Assembly: GCA_030295235.1 (NCBI GenBank)
Contig: AP026176.1
Coordinates: forward strand, 62,001 to 126,000
Source: Fistulifera solaris
Taxonomy: Eukaryota
Length of the DNA: 64,000 bases
Direction of reading: 5' to 3'
The notes below the pieces were generated by a model. It ran no database searches. It was not told the DNA's origin and saw only the letters and a list, made by a program, of their open reading frames with translations. Position numbers and translations under genes: made by a program. Below are positions 48,700-60,819 of the stretch, in pieces (within the stretch, counting starts at the first letter, position 1; each line of letters opens with the position of its first letter).

Positions 48700-51267
48700 T
48701 TATTTCAAGACAAAAACGCTTGTCCATTCTCTATCATTCAAGCAAGATCGCACCGCATCAATGATAATGTCTTCATTGTCTGACTCGGCTGCGGAAGCTC
48801 CATCCATACGATCACCCACGGCCAGTTTGCAATCTTCAATCATGTTCCCAACGGCCGTGGCCTGCGCTTCGTTCAAATACAGCGGAAGCAAATGTTTAAG
48901 CAGCATGGCATCCATGGCCACTTGTGACCTCGCCTCTGCCAAAACAATGGATCGGCGAATTTGCTCCAACCACGCACGAATAGCAATTTTGAATACCAAA
49001 AATAAAATGTCGTTGACATCCAACAAAGTCGATGTATGAGGAAATACGGCCACTTTTTCTTGGAACATGCGCTCAATATCCAAGCGCAACCCTTTCTTCC
49101 GAGCCAAGGGACTGATCGAAGAGCGAGACGAAGTGCTTTCCAATTCGGGAATGTCACGTCCTTTGTAAGAACCCTGCAGCATTTCGTTTAATTCTTGACA
49201 GGCTTGTTTCGCAACAGCCAATGCTTGACGCGTTGATTCTTTGGGACGACCGATCGTTTGCGTGACGTCTTGACACAGTAACTGGGCCATTTCCGAACCG
49301 CGACGACTCGCATACAACACGAATACTGTAGATCGAGCCAATTGAAACCGTTCTTGCACATCTTGGCCCAACATGTCACCGGTCATAATTCGCGACTTGT
49401 TCGGTTTCTTGCCACCACTCAAATGAGTGACAATCGATTCTTCCAAGCTGTTTGCCACGGAGGACTCGGCGTGCAAACAAATCATGGCGACAGTTAGGAC
49501 GAGTTGGATGGCCGAATCACCATCCTCTCTTGATGTCAGTGCCTGCATCATGTCACACAATTTTGCCACGATGCGTGATTGTCGATGCGATGATCGTCGT
49601 CCTCGTCGACCAGTATCAAAAACGCATTCACTGATTTGTCGTCCGTACCAAGAGGAGCTTCCACCAACCGATCCACTCGTGTACTCTCACCACCCGCCAT
49701 TTGTTCTAAAGCATTGGCCCACCAGTAGCAAAATTTGCGGACACTGTAAATCAATGCCTTTTTAAGATCGGGCGGTGATTCACTACCACCATTGCAACAC
49801 GTCCGAATGGTATCATCCACCAATTGCAAACAATCCGCCACTGTGCTTTCGACCAACGGTGGTGCGAGAGAAGCACCTTCCTCCGCCAATCGCTGACCGA
49901 GTGGCAACCAACAATCTTCCACCATACTGATTTGGAGTGCTTGAAATTTTTGATCCACCCGTCGTCGTGTCAAGGAATCGGTCAATTGCGTGGCTTGTCC
50001 TAAGAAGGAAGCTGTCCATTCGGATCGAATACCAATGTTTTGCAAAGCGTCCGTCACATCTTGTACGGACTGCACCAGCAACGTCGTGGCTTCGGCCACG
50101 AGTTGTGTGGCTTCGTCATCGGTGGCTTCGTTGAGTTGCTCTTCCAGTAATATCCCTTTGGTGTGCACCAAAAACGACGAATATGCTTCGGAAATGAATT
50201 CCACAAGATGCTGTTTCATTGTGAATTGTTTTGTAAACAATGTCGAAGCTTCCAAAAGAGCATTGAGATAATCTGTCGCAATGAGCGACGCCGCCGACAA
50301 TTCGGTTGTGGCAAATTTTCGTTCTTGGACATCGATCAAATGAGTGTCTAAAATGCGGTCGAGCAACCGCAACGACGCGGCACAAGCGGTCGATTCCAAG
50401 TCTATTGTCTCTTCTTCGGATTCGTCTTGGAGAAAAAGCAATTGCATCGTCCCGATGCATTCGTAAATTTCCATCATGGATTGGGGTGGAGAAGGCACTT
50501 CGTCCGACAATTCCTGACCACTCCATTGTCGCAATTTGTTTTGCACGGTCCGACGCAAGCTTTGTAAAATGGCTTGACATTCCGCTTCAATTTTTGCAAA
50601 CTTTCGAATCCGGTGGAATGTTTCGCCAATATGGGCGCCGCGGACGCGTAGCTTTGGGTGGCCGTTTGATACTGTCCTTCTTCCACATACAGTTGCAACG
50701 TGGCCGGCAATTTCAACAAGGTATCCAATCGTGTTAACAATCGTCGAACGCGTATTTTTTCCGCGACTTGATCGCGGAGGGGTCCTAAGGTATCTTCGAG
50801 TGCCTTGGATTGTGCGTCAAGTTGATGGATCGAAGAAGATAATTGTTGTAAGGCCGGTTCGTTGGCCGTCACATGCACACCAATGGATCGAATGGCATCC
50901 GTCGCATCAATGAACCGGGAATAATTCTCATAGACCATCGTTTGCATCGTCGAATCTAACGTACGAACTTGTAACGCCAATTGCTCTTCTTCTTCCAGCA
51001 ATCGTTGCATGGGTTCTGTTTGAATGAGTTGTTCGGTGTATTGCCGCGCATCGAACGTTGCCGCATCCAAGTCGTTCGGTTCCTCGTCATCCGAATCGTC
51101 GTCGTCTTCCGTCCACACGCGTTCCGGTGTTTTGCCGTAAAAGTTTTCGAGCAATTTTTGACGCACGAGGGCTTCGCGGGGAATGCCTTTGTTATTGTGC
51201 GTCAAAAATCATCCTCATCGCTGCTACTACTACTGCTACTGCTACTGCTATTCATCGAATGTGACAT
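48700..51267 (-). CDS. VPS51: Vps51/Ang2 (GARP/EARP complex subunit)
   Basis: LENFYG, DLDAATFDA, LDSTMQTMVYENYSRFIDATDAIRSI, C-terminal LDIERMFQEK. Pieced together across indels at ~51205, ~50590 and ~49570-49620. Confidence 0.88.
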
Positions 51268-52417
51268 GCTGAGAGACGCAAGATTAATAGAGGAGAGGAA
51301 ACAATCGTCTATTATGCAAAATGCAAGGAAAGGATATACAATGATCGACTTGGTGTATTTTACTTTGGCAGCACACCGGACACCCGACGATCTCGATCGT
51401 CGCTTTTGTCAACAACAAAGAAGCATTAAGGTTCATGGTAGCCTTCCGGATGTCCGTCAACTATAGTAAAATAATCCGCATTGCTCTTCGTCTTGTTACA
51501 AGGACGCATGCATGCATGCATGCATGGATGCATGCAGTTCCAAAGTGGTGGATGGTTGTTGCATTACGAAACAATAAGTCTAGAGCTCATGAGCAAATCG
51601 CGCGGAAATATTGGTTACAATATTGCAGGCTTCCGGAAAAAAATGTGGAGTGCGGTCTCGTTGATGAAGCAGATTTTCCGTCTGCTTCTAAAAGGATGAC
51701 GAGTCAGACAAAATCTCTGTTTGTTTTTAAATGCTTTTCAGAGTTCTCGTCCAGGCAAAGACGCCTTGCAAGGAACTATTTCCGACTGCCTAACAAGCTA
51801 CCGTTGCTAGCAAGTGCTATGTTCCATCGAAGACACATCATAAAATAATCCTAATTCTGTGACTGTTTACGCTTGTTGGCAAAACATTCCGTATTCCGTA
51901 TTCCCATTTAAACGCCAGCCACAAATGATCCCCCGCCTTCGGCACGATTCAATACACTAAGAGTAAGTGTACAAAGGTCCGAAACACGTTTTGGGAGGGG
52001 GAGCCTAGAGGGGAGCGCCGGTGTCGTCGTCGGAAATGACTATGTACGTCTACAGTATACGACAGAGTCCAATCAAGGTGCACGTGACGTAAAAGGTCCA
52101 TCGAGTACCGGGAAAGACCGAAGCGAAGTCCCGACTACACGTTGCGGCAGAGTCCGGCTCAAAAAAGATCGCGTGATGAGAGGATCTCACGACTGACTCG
52201 TTTTTTTTGGGATCGGACGTCGAAAGGAACATCGTTCCCTTTTTGTGTCGTGAGTTGGCTGTTGTTGTTATTGCTAGCGTAATCTCTCTATTGTTTCGAT
52301 TGGTTTTTTATCAATCTTATTCCAAAAGAAACAAAGAAAGATTCGCTTCCAGAGGATCCGCTTATCACGACGACGAGACATAACTGCTAGTTACTGCTTT
52401 ACTTACTGTATCTCATC

Positions 52418-53212
52418 ATGACACTTTCTGGACTCGATAGCATCGCTCTCGCGGTCGCTCATTTAGAGCGCGTTGAAGCCTCCCAAGAGCCTGTCGTTAC
52501 CCGTCCTTCCCTTTTTATAAATCAGGCTCGAGTCGTGTCGACGGAATACTTGGATCAGGCGACAGAGGCGCCGCCCATGTCTTGGAACTATTTCGCAGCG
52601 CATCCGGTACTGCCAACTCTGCCGAACCATTCGAATGTGCTGCATCAAAATAATACTGTGATGCCGACGCAAACGACTCGTTGCTCGTCTTCGTCGACTT
52701 CGTCTTCGCCCAAGAAGAAGAGCAAAACGTCCATCACACCACCGCGCAACAAACAATACAAAAATCTTCTGCTGTTGTTTGACATGGCACCTTATCCGAT
52801 CCCCAAGGATGCGCACAGTGATGCTGTCATATCAAATACGGAGATTCAAGAAGATGATGTCTTATTGGGACGTAAGTATCGATGATTCGAATCGAGCAAG
52901 GCAAAAATCGTCTCTTTTACTCACACTTTCCTTTTCAAAAGGCGGCGGAGAAACCAATCATCACACGGGCAATATTCAATATCGTCTGCTCGTCAAAGCC
53001 TGTCAACCGGCCTATTTGGCGGCCAAACGTCGTGACAAACCCCGGATTGCGGCCGGCATCGTGTTGGCGGTGCGTCGGGCCGGGGACGCTTTCTCAAAAA
53101 GGATGACACGGACGCTGCGTGGAAGGATGTGGGGAATGTTCGGGCGCGCGAAAAAACATCGCAAGCCTTGCGGGAAGGAGCACCGGATTTGCGGCCGCAG
53201 CTGTCGTTGTAG
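52418..53212 (+). CDS. DUF6824-domain protein (diatom-expanded family)
   Basis: Spliced DVLLGRGGETNHHTGNIQYR (intron 52872-52941); after an indel at ~53084, RFLKK...W..V...AREKTSQALRE. Confidence 0.85.
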
Positions 53213-53272
53213 TATAATGGAATTAATAGGAAAGAAAACGACTCTTTATACTATAAATTGTTGTTTTGTTGG

Positions 53273-54433
53273 CTAAACTACTTGAAGAGATTGACGCGTT
53301 TGCACAAATACGCCTACCAACGACGCCAATTGAATGCGTTCATCGGTCCCCAACGCCAATCGGTGTTCTACCGCACTCATCCCATCCAACAATAGACCCA
53401 AAGGCACCGAATCCATGTCCAGACACAGAATCTTGTCCGTCAAATCCTGCAAGACATCCGTCAAGGCGTAGCCTTTGGTGGTACACAGGTGATGAATGTC
53501 CCGAAAGGCCGCCGCAAAATCGTGATTCAGTAACCACTCCAAGATACGATCAATGTCTTTCGGCAATGGCGCACCACTGGTCAAATACACGGCCGTTTCA
53601 TCCACTGGACGATCGTGATGACTCATGGCCGTCGCTTGCAGTAAATTCAATACACGACGCATATCCCCTCCACTGAGCCGCAAAATGGCTTGGATCCCAT
53701 CGGGTGTCGTGGGACAGTGTTCACTGGTGGCGACATGCTCCAACCGTCCCTGAATTTGGTCGGCCGCGAGCGGCGAAAATCGAAAAGCGCGTGCAGCGAC
53801 TTTGCAACGCCGGAATGATTTTGGAGACATAATTACAGATCAAGCAAAAGCGACAGTTCTTGCTATACTTTTCCATAATGCGACGCAACGCGAATTGTGC
53901 ATCACTCGTCATGGCATCGGCTTCGTCTAATATAATCAATTTAATGCCTTTTAAAAATAATTGTTGCGTACCGGCGAATTCTTTGATTTCATTGCGAACG
54001 ACCTGCAAAGTTGTAAATGAAAGTTGCAAATGAATGAGTGTTCTCTTTCGTTCATCACCAGGTTCTTCGACTCTACTTACATCAATCCCACGAGCATCGG
54101 AAGCATTCAATTCGAGCGTCATACTGTTGTACGCTTTCGTGCTTCCGTACATGCGCTTGGCCGCCGCGACAATCGTACTCGTTTTCCCTGTTCCGGGAGG
54201 TCCGTAGAGCAACAAATGCGGTAAATTGCCACTGTCAATTAGGGACGTAATACTTGCCACAATATCGTCTTGCGCGACTAAATCTTCCAGTCTACGTATA
54301 ACGGCGTTAGTTCACGAGAAGCGAGCTACAATGTTGCGCGCGAGAGACAGCATTTTCGATATTCTTACTTTTCAGGTCGATACTTCTCGACCCACGGCAT
54401 TTGTACGGCCTGCATATCGCTTTTTGTTTCCAT
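53273..54433 (-). CDS. RFC5: Replication factor C small subunit (human RFC5 / yeast Rfc3 type)
   Basis: PWVEKYRP, LPHLLLYGPPGTGKT, LELNASDARGIDVVR, ILDEADAMT, ALQSRC. Introns ~54368-54292 and ~54079-54003; indel at ~53787. Confidence 0.9.
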
Positions 54434-55004
54434 TTTGTTGCCCTGATAAGATGAAAGAATGTTGTTGCTGCGTTTCTTTTGCAATCGACCATGGTCGAAC
54501 GTCGTCGCAACAAACGCCGTAGCTCCCGCCTCAGGATGCGCCCGGCGCGCATCCGGTTCTCAAAAGGCTAACTAAAAACAGAAAGATTAGTCAACGGAAA
54601 GCGCGCTACAAGCGCGGCTAGAAACGCGGGTGCGCCTGTTCACATCACAGGGTTAGGTTCATCAATCATCAAGCGAACACTTCTCATTGCTACACGACTT
54701 CATCAGCCAATTCCTTCTAAAGGCTATCGACGCTGTTTTGTTGACGCGTCCAACCACTTCCTCAAAAGCATTGCCGATTGTCGTCTGCCGTTTTATTTAC
54801 TATAGACCCAAACAGAAGACGACTTTTTCCACGACTGGATATCCGTCATGAGGCTTAGTTTTCCCATCTCCCTGCACTTCTTTCAAATAATTACGAATTG
54901 AATCTTTCACGATTAGAGAGCGTTGAATCATCGTTGTTGGGGCATTGACACATAATGTCGAAATAGCTTGTCGATCGTGCGTCTTGACTTTGGCCCTGCG
55001 TTAA

Positions 55005-56870
55005 CTATTCTAGACCAGTTTTTTTTGGATCCCTTCACAAAAATTCTGTGCAAGAACCAGGACCTCTTGACACGTGTTTTGGTTTTGGATCATAGCGAAG
55101 AATGTGCGCGTTCCAAAAGTTCAGAATACGATTTTTTTTAAAAAAATACAGAAATTCTGTGCAGGTTCAGAAATTCTGGACCAGTTCTTTCAATCCCTTA
55201 CCGAAATGCGGTGGACGTTACCGAAATTCAGGAGACGATGTTTAAAAATCGTGACGAAAGCAATAGCACGTTCATGAACCTCAGGACTCGGTGTTCGGGG
55301 ATCATTGCGAATGAAAGTGGGCTTTCCAGAAATTCTGGATAGTTCAATTCGGTTAATCAGAAATTCTGTGGTGGTCCAGAATTTCTGGACCAGATTTTTA
55401 TGCCTTAACCAAAATTCTGTGCAAGGTTTTAGAACCTCTGGATACGGTGTTTTGGGTCATAACGAAAGAAAGTGGACGTTCCAGAAGTTCAGAATACGAA
55501 TTTTCTGAAAATGCAGAAATTCTGTGCTGGTCCAGAAATTCTGGACCAGTTCGTTCGACCCCTTACCGAAACGTTGTGAATGTTACCGACATTCAGGAGA
55601 CGGTGTTTTGGATCATGAAGAAAGCAATAGCACGTTTTAGAACCTCTGGACAGGGTGTCCGGGATCATTGCGAATGAAAGTGGGGTGGGCATTCCAGAAA
55701 TTCTAGTTAGGTCAATATTCGGATAATCAGAAGTTCTGAGGCGGTCCAGAAACTGGACCAGATTTATTATGCCTTAACCCAAATTCTGTGCAAGGTACCA
55801 GAACCTCTGGATACGGTGTTTTGGGTCATAACGAAAGAAAGTGGACGTTCCAGAAGTTCAGAATACGAATTTTCTGAAAATGCAGAAATTCTGTGCTGGT
55901 CCAGAAATTCTGGACCAGTTCGTTCGACCCCTTACCGAAACGTTGTGAATGTTACCGACATTCAGGAGACGGTGTTTTGGATCATGAAGAAAGCAATAGC
56001 ACGTTTTAGAACCTCTGGACAGGGTGTCCGGGATCATTGCGAATGAAAGTGGGGTGGGCATTCCAGAAATTCTAGTTAGGTCAATATTCGGATAATCAGA
56101 AGTTCTGAGGCGGTCCAGAAACTGGACCAGATTTATTATGCCTTAACCCAAATTCTGTGCAAGGTACCAGAACCTCTGGATACGGTGTTTTGGGTCATAA
56201 CGAAAGAAGTGGACGTTCCAGAAGTTCAGAATACGAATTTTCTGAAAATGCAGAAATTCTGTGCTGGTCCAGAAATTCTGGACCAGTTCGTTCGACCCCT
56301 TACCGAAACGTTGTGAATGTTACCGACATTCAGGAGACGGTGTTTTGGATCATGAAGAAAGCAATAGCACGTTTTAGAACCTCTGGACAGGGTGTCCGGG
56401 ATCATTGCGAATGAAAGTGGGGTGGGCATTCCAGAAATTCTAGTTAGGTCAATATTCGGATAATCAGAAGTTCTGAGGCGGTCCAGAAACTGGACCAGAT
56501 TTATTATGCCTTAACCCAAATTCTGTGCAAGGTACCAGAACCTCTGGATACGGTGTTTTGGGTCATAACGAAAGAAGTGGACGTTCCAGAAGTTCAGAAT
56601 ACGAATTTTCTGAAAATGCAGAAATTCTGTGCTGGTCCAGAAATTCTGGACCAGTTCGTTCGACCCCTTACCGAAACGTTGTGAATGTTACCAAAATTCA
56701 GGAGACGGTGTTTTGGATCATGACGAAAGCAATAGTACGTTTTAGAACCTCTGGACAGGGTGTCCGGGATCATCGCGAATGAAAGTGGGGTGGGCATTCC
56801 AGAAATTCTAGTTAGGTCAATTCGGATAATCAGAAATTCTGTGGTGGTCCAGAATTCCTGGACCAGTTTT
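55005..56870 (+). repeat. Tandem array of a 368/369-bp unit (~5 copies) of the palindrome-rich family
   Basis: GAACCTCTGGATACGGTGTTTTGGG at ~55432, 55801, 56170 and 56538; each unit has two GGTCCAGAAA(TT)CTGGACC cores. Confidence 0.96.
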
Positions 56871-57317
56871 TTTTTTTTTGATCTCTCTCAGAAATTCATC
56901 ATACGTCATACGTGCTTTCTGTTTACCAGGTATAGAGAAAATCTGGTTTTTCTTCAATATTGCCGGTTGGTATGCTAGAGACCTATCAATGATACGTAGT
57001 ACTTCCCTCAGCTTATATTGAAAGGCATTCGTTGCTGTTAGAACAATGCAAATTTCTGTCTTTTGCGATTGCTTAGGTATCGAGTATCGACTCGAAGGCA
57101 AGGCGACATGGGACATGGGGGTCATGCATCATTTGACGAGGCACATTCGCAGTATTAAGGACAAGCAATGCGAAATCGGTTGTTTGTACGCTTCGCAGTT
57201 TTATCATTGCGCTAAACAAAGAAAGGTTCTTTTCCGCGGCATGCAGATAACTCAAACATAGATATTACGTTGCATGTTAAATTTGGAGATATTTTATTGT
57301 ACAGACCGTTTATTTCC

Positions 57318-59237
57318 TTAACGAATCACGGACCCTAGTGTGTTGGGGAACAACAGACTTCCCGCACTGCCTTTTCCATCGGACCGCGGTCCCGGAAACA
57401 CTTGCCAAAAGCGCAGCGTTTCATCACCGGCACCCGTCACGACCGTCGAACCATCCGGAGACACAGCCAAGTACAAGACACGATAAGTGTGTCCGGTCAA
57501 CGTCGTAACCTTTTGCATGGTAGGGTATCGCCACACCACAATTTGATTTTGCGAATAACCGTGTGTGCTGACAATTTCATTGCAGTTTTGAGACCAAGCT
57601 AGATTGCACACTTGACTGCCTGTATCAATCTTTTGTATGGGAGTACCGGACAGCGTATTCCAGAAACGGATGCAGCGATCGGCGGTGCCACCTCCACTGG
57701 CCAAGAGGCCATGTTGATGAGGAGACCAAGTTATCGCCTTGACAGCGGCCGTGTGATCAGCGAATCGATGCAGTGGTTGTTGACCCGGATTGCGACTATC
57801 AATGACGTGTAACACATTGTCATTCCCACCGGACGCTAAAAACGCGGGTTCATCGTACGACCACTTCAACCCGCAAACCTCTTGCCGGTGAATGGGCAAA
57901 CGATCGGTAAAATCACCCTGAGCCCGTACATCTCGTAAATAAATCAAGCGATCACGGCTGCCACTCGCCAAGCAGGGTCCCGACCACGCCAACGCACCAA
58001 CACGAGAATCGTGTCCTTTCAAATCACGGATCTTTTGACACGCCACCGTATCCCACAATTGAATGTGACCACGGCTCGTGCCGATGGCCAAATGCGTCCC
58101 GCGTTGCGCCCACGACACGGATGTGACCACATCTTCATTGTTGTTGTTATTGTTGCTATGATCGTCCGCACCATTCGACGACAAGTCGCACAGTTTCGTC
58201 ACTTTCGATGTACAGGCACTCCACAAATACACACAGGACGCCAGACCTACCGCCAAAACATTTTGTGAGGACCAATCCACCAAATTGAGATAAAAATCAT
58301 CTTGCAAGGCGGGAGCATCCAACACTTTAAAGGGCACCTTCGAAATCCGTCGCTTACGTTTGGGTGGCGACAACCGTTGACTCGCCGCCATACTGCCCGG
58401 CGTAAGATGATACGCGTGTAAAATGGAGGGCGTCTCTAACACGCTGTTTTGATAAATTTGCCGCGCACTCTGGTACCGTAACGAGTTCGTTTCTCGCAAG
58501 TTGGGACGAGAGTTGGGATTGTAATTTTCGTTCATGTGCAGCAATTCCGATCGCAAGAGACTATTGAGTGTACTTTGATGGGACGGCTGGGTGGTGGTAG
58601 ACGGATTCGCGGCATTGTGCGGAGTCGTATCATCTTCGGGACGATTATTACTGTGAGACGTGGCGGTGGGAGTTGTTGCCGTGCGGCGCCGGGATTCCCA
58701 CAAATTGAACGAGAAATTGGAAGTCGCTCGATTCGGAATGAACCGATCCGAGCACCCTCGATCCGTGTGTCGGTAACGAGGGGATGCCGCAAATGAAAAA
58801 GGCGTCGAATCCTCCGGATACGAGAACGTGGTACTTGACGGTGTCACGGCCGTGGGTGAAAAGGATGTCACAATCGGACTGGGTCGAAAGATGTTATTAT
58901 GGCTGTTGTTGTTGTTGTCTTCCGTACTGCGGGCAATGCCCGGTGGAGGCAATAATGTCTCTTCCGGAGTAGCTCGTAATTCGGGCGCCAAACGCATTGC
59001 ATACCGTGAATCCAATCTCGGTCGTGACGGCGAAGGCAGAGGGACCCACACTTTTGTTGTCGTTGTAGTAAGCGAATCGGTACTTTCCATGGAAGTATCG
59101 AGCGGCGATGTCATCGAATCGGAACACGAGAGTGTCATGGGTGTTAACATGTGCTTATGATGACTGCCGGTCATCATATTCGTTTGAGGACTCCCCGGAG
59201 GAGGAGGAGAAGCTCCGCTGCTTTCTTCTGTTGACAT
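57318..59237 (-). CDS. FZR1: APC/C activator Cdh1/Fizzy-related (CCS52)
   Basis: C-box DRFIPNR, KVPFKVLDAPALQDDFYLNLVDWS, WD40 repeats, GAGDETLRFW, C-terminal IR tail. Confidence 0.95.
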   Translation of the reverse strand: MSTEESSGASPPPPGSPQTNMMTGSHHKHMLTPMTLSCSDSMTSPLDTSMESTDSLTTTTTKVWVPLPSPSRPRLDSRYAMRLAPELRATPEETLLPPPGIARSTEDNNNNSHNNIFRPSPIVTSFSPTAVTPSSTTFSYPEDSTPFSFAASPRYRHTDRGCSDRFIPNRATSNFSFNLWESRRRTATTPTATSHSNNRPEDDTTPHNAANPSTTTQPSHQSTLNSLLRSELLHMNENYNPNSRPNLRETNSLRYQSARQIYQNSVLETPSILHAYHLTPGSMAASQRLSPPKRKRRISKVPFKVLDAPALQDDFYLNLVDWSSQNVLAVGLASCVYLWSACTSKVTKLCDLSSNGADDHSNNNNNNEDVVTSVSWAQRGTHLAIGTSRGHIQLWDTVACQKIRDLKGHDSRVGALAWSGPCLASGSRDRLIYLRDVRAQGDFTDRLPIHRQEVCGLKWSYDEPAFLASGGNDNVLHVIDSRNPGQQPLHRFADHTAAVKAITWSPHQHGLLASGGGTADRCIRFWNTLSGTPIQKIDTGSQVCNLAWSQNCNEIVSTHGYSQNQIVVWRYPTMQKVTTLTGHTYRVLYLAVSPDGSTVVTGAGDETLRFWQVFPGPRSDGKGSAGSLLFPNTLGSVIR

Positions 59238-59946
59238 GATACAATATTTCCTTTTGCGTAATAGCGTAGTAATACACTCACACGAAACACCAATTTCGAA
59301 CCGTTTGTTGTACTGCGGCGTTTGTCGCTCTGCGTTAAGATTCCGTTGCGTCGCTGATCACAATCTCCTGATCTGCAATCAATCAAACACGCAAAGAAGC
59401 AAACAACGCACCAAACAAAGACTTGACTTCTACGTAATGGCACTTAAATGTGCTTGGATGGATTCGATTCGTGTCGACCTCTTTTATTATGCTGGAAATG
59501 GTAGAGACGTGCGGATCGAAACTCCCTCCATTCGGCCGCGAAGGCGAGGATGAAGTAACGCACGCTCGCGTACTTAGATGTTTTCATGTTTTACAGAATG
59601 GAGAACTGAAGTACACTATTGTATAATAAGTGTCCAAAAGCGTCACTCAACGATTCTATATTAGGGAAATGAACCGGCGTGCACGGTTCAGCGAATGTTC
59701 GCGATTTCGCCAGCCAACAGTGTGGGACGGACGGATGGACCGGACGGAACACGACGAAGGTACGTCCGACGTACGTCATTGTGTCATTGTGGGACTCTAG
59801 GTGAGACGTGCTTCTTACAAACAAAAAGGCACGCATAGAGGCACGCGATTGAGACATTGTTGCCTTTTGTCATCCTATTTGCTTCTTTTCTATTGCAGCA
59901 AATACAGCAAATCATCTATTTAAAATCATAAAAAACAACCGCAACT

Positions 59947-60819
59947 ATGGATTTCATGCAAAACAGCAGTGCCGGCAGCTATGCTCCCGTTTCGTTACAA
60001 GACGAACCGCTGCAAGAACGGTTCCTCGCCGCACCGCCGGAACAACCCGTCGCCGCTCAAGCGACACCCATGATACAAATTATTGCTCCGGCCGATCTTC
60101 CGGAAGGATACGAATTACCCATTCAAGTGGGAACTGGGGGAAGTGCTACCATCACCATTCCCCCCGGCGGCGTCGAACGAGGACAAACGTTTGCGGTCCC
60201 CATGCCTGCAACGACGAATGTCGCTCCCGCAATTCACATTCCCGTAGGACACTGGCGGGATACGACGTGGGATTTCTTTCAATACGGTCCCTGTCATCCG
60301 CATTGTTGGACCAGTTGGCTTTGTACGTTCTTGGCGACGGGACAAGTCATTCGTCGTGTCGGATTCAACTGGACGGGCGTCACGGCCGTCGATGCGCGGG
60401 AAAAAGCGCAGGCGTTTCCCATCATTTTAGCCATTGTGGCCCTGTATATGGTTCTGCATTTTACTTTGCTTTTGATTGTCGTGGCACTGGACCCGGAAGA
60501 CCCCGACGCCGATTCGAGTGATCCCAATTATGTTCCGCCGGAACCTACCATGGCGTTTTTGGTCGTACTCGAAATTTACAAATGGTGGCATTTCGCGTAT
60601 TGGATTCTTTCCACGGTCATTTTGGCGCGGACCCGTCGGTCGTTGCGACAAAAATACGGGATACCGGCGGCTTGCGGGCAAGAAGATGTCGTCTGTGCGG
60701 TCTGTTGCCATTGTTGTGTCGCGGCACAAATGTTGCGTCATACGACCGATTACAATGTGTATCCTTCCTATCTTTGTACGGATACGGGATTGCCGAAGCA
60801 TGCTCCTTCAATTGTTTGA
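59947..60819 (+). CDS. PLAC8-family Cys-rich membrane protein
   Basis: GHWRD..WDFF, two hydrophobic helices, RTRRSLRQKYGIP...EDVVCAVCCHCCVAAQMLRH. Confidence 0.85.
   Translation: MDFMQNSSAGSYAPVSLQDEPLQERFLAAPPEQPVAAQATPMIQIIAPADLPEGYELPIQVGTGGSATITIPPGGVERGQTFAVPMPATTNVAPAIHIPVGHWRDTTWDFFQYGPCHPHCWTSWLCTFLATGQVIRRVGFNWTGVTAVDAREKAQAFPIILAIVALYMVLHFTLLLIVVALDPEDPDADSSDPNYVPPEPTMAFLVVLEIYKWWHFAYWILSTVILARTRRSLRQKYGIPAACGQEDVVCAVCCHCCVAAQMLRHTTDYNVYPSYLCTDTGLPKHAPSIV

Noticed and set aside
55358..56870. Palindrome as a canonical heat-shock element for the HSF in this window
   Set aside because: TTCnnGAA pairs are present, but the central GAA-TTC spacing is 1 bp rather than the 2 bp of a canonical nGAAnnTTCn array; nothing in the sequence links them to this HSF.
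55074..56978. Recurring ORFs in the 368/369-bp array (similar ones at 7.4-8.1 and 12.2-12.9 kb)
   Set aside because: They are translations of the palindromic repeat (SRNSGP / PEILD / QKFW in different frames), not genes.
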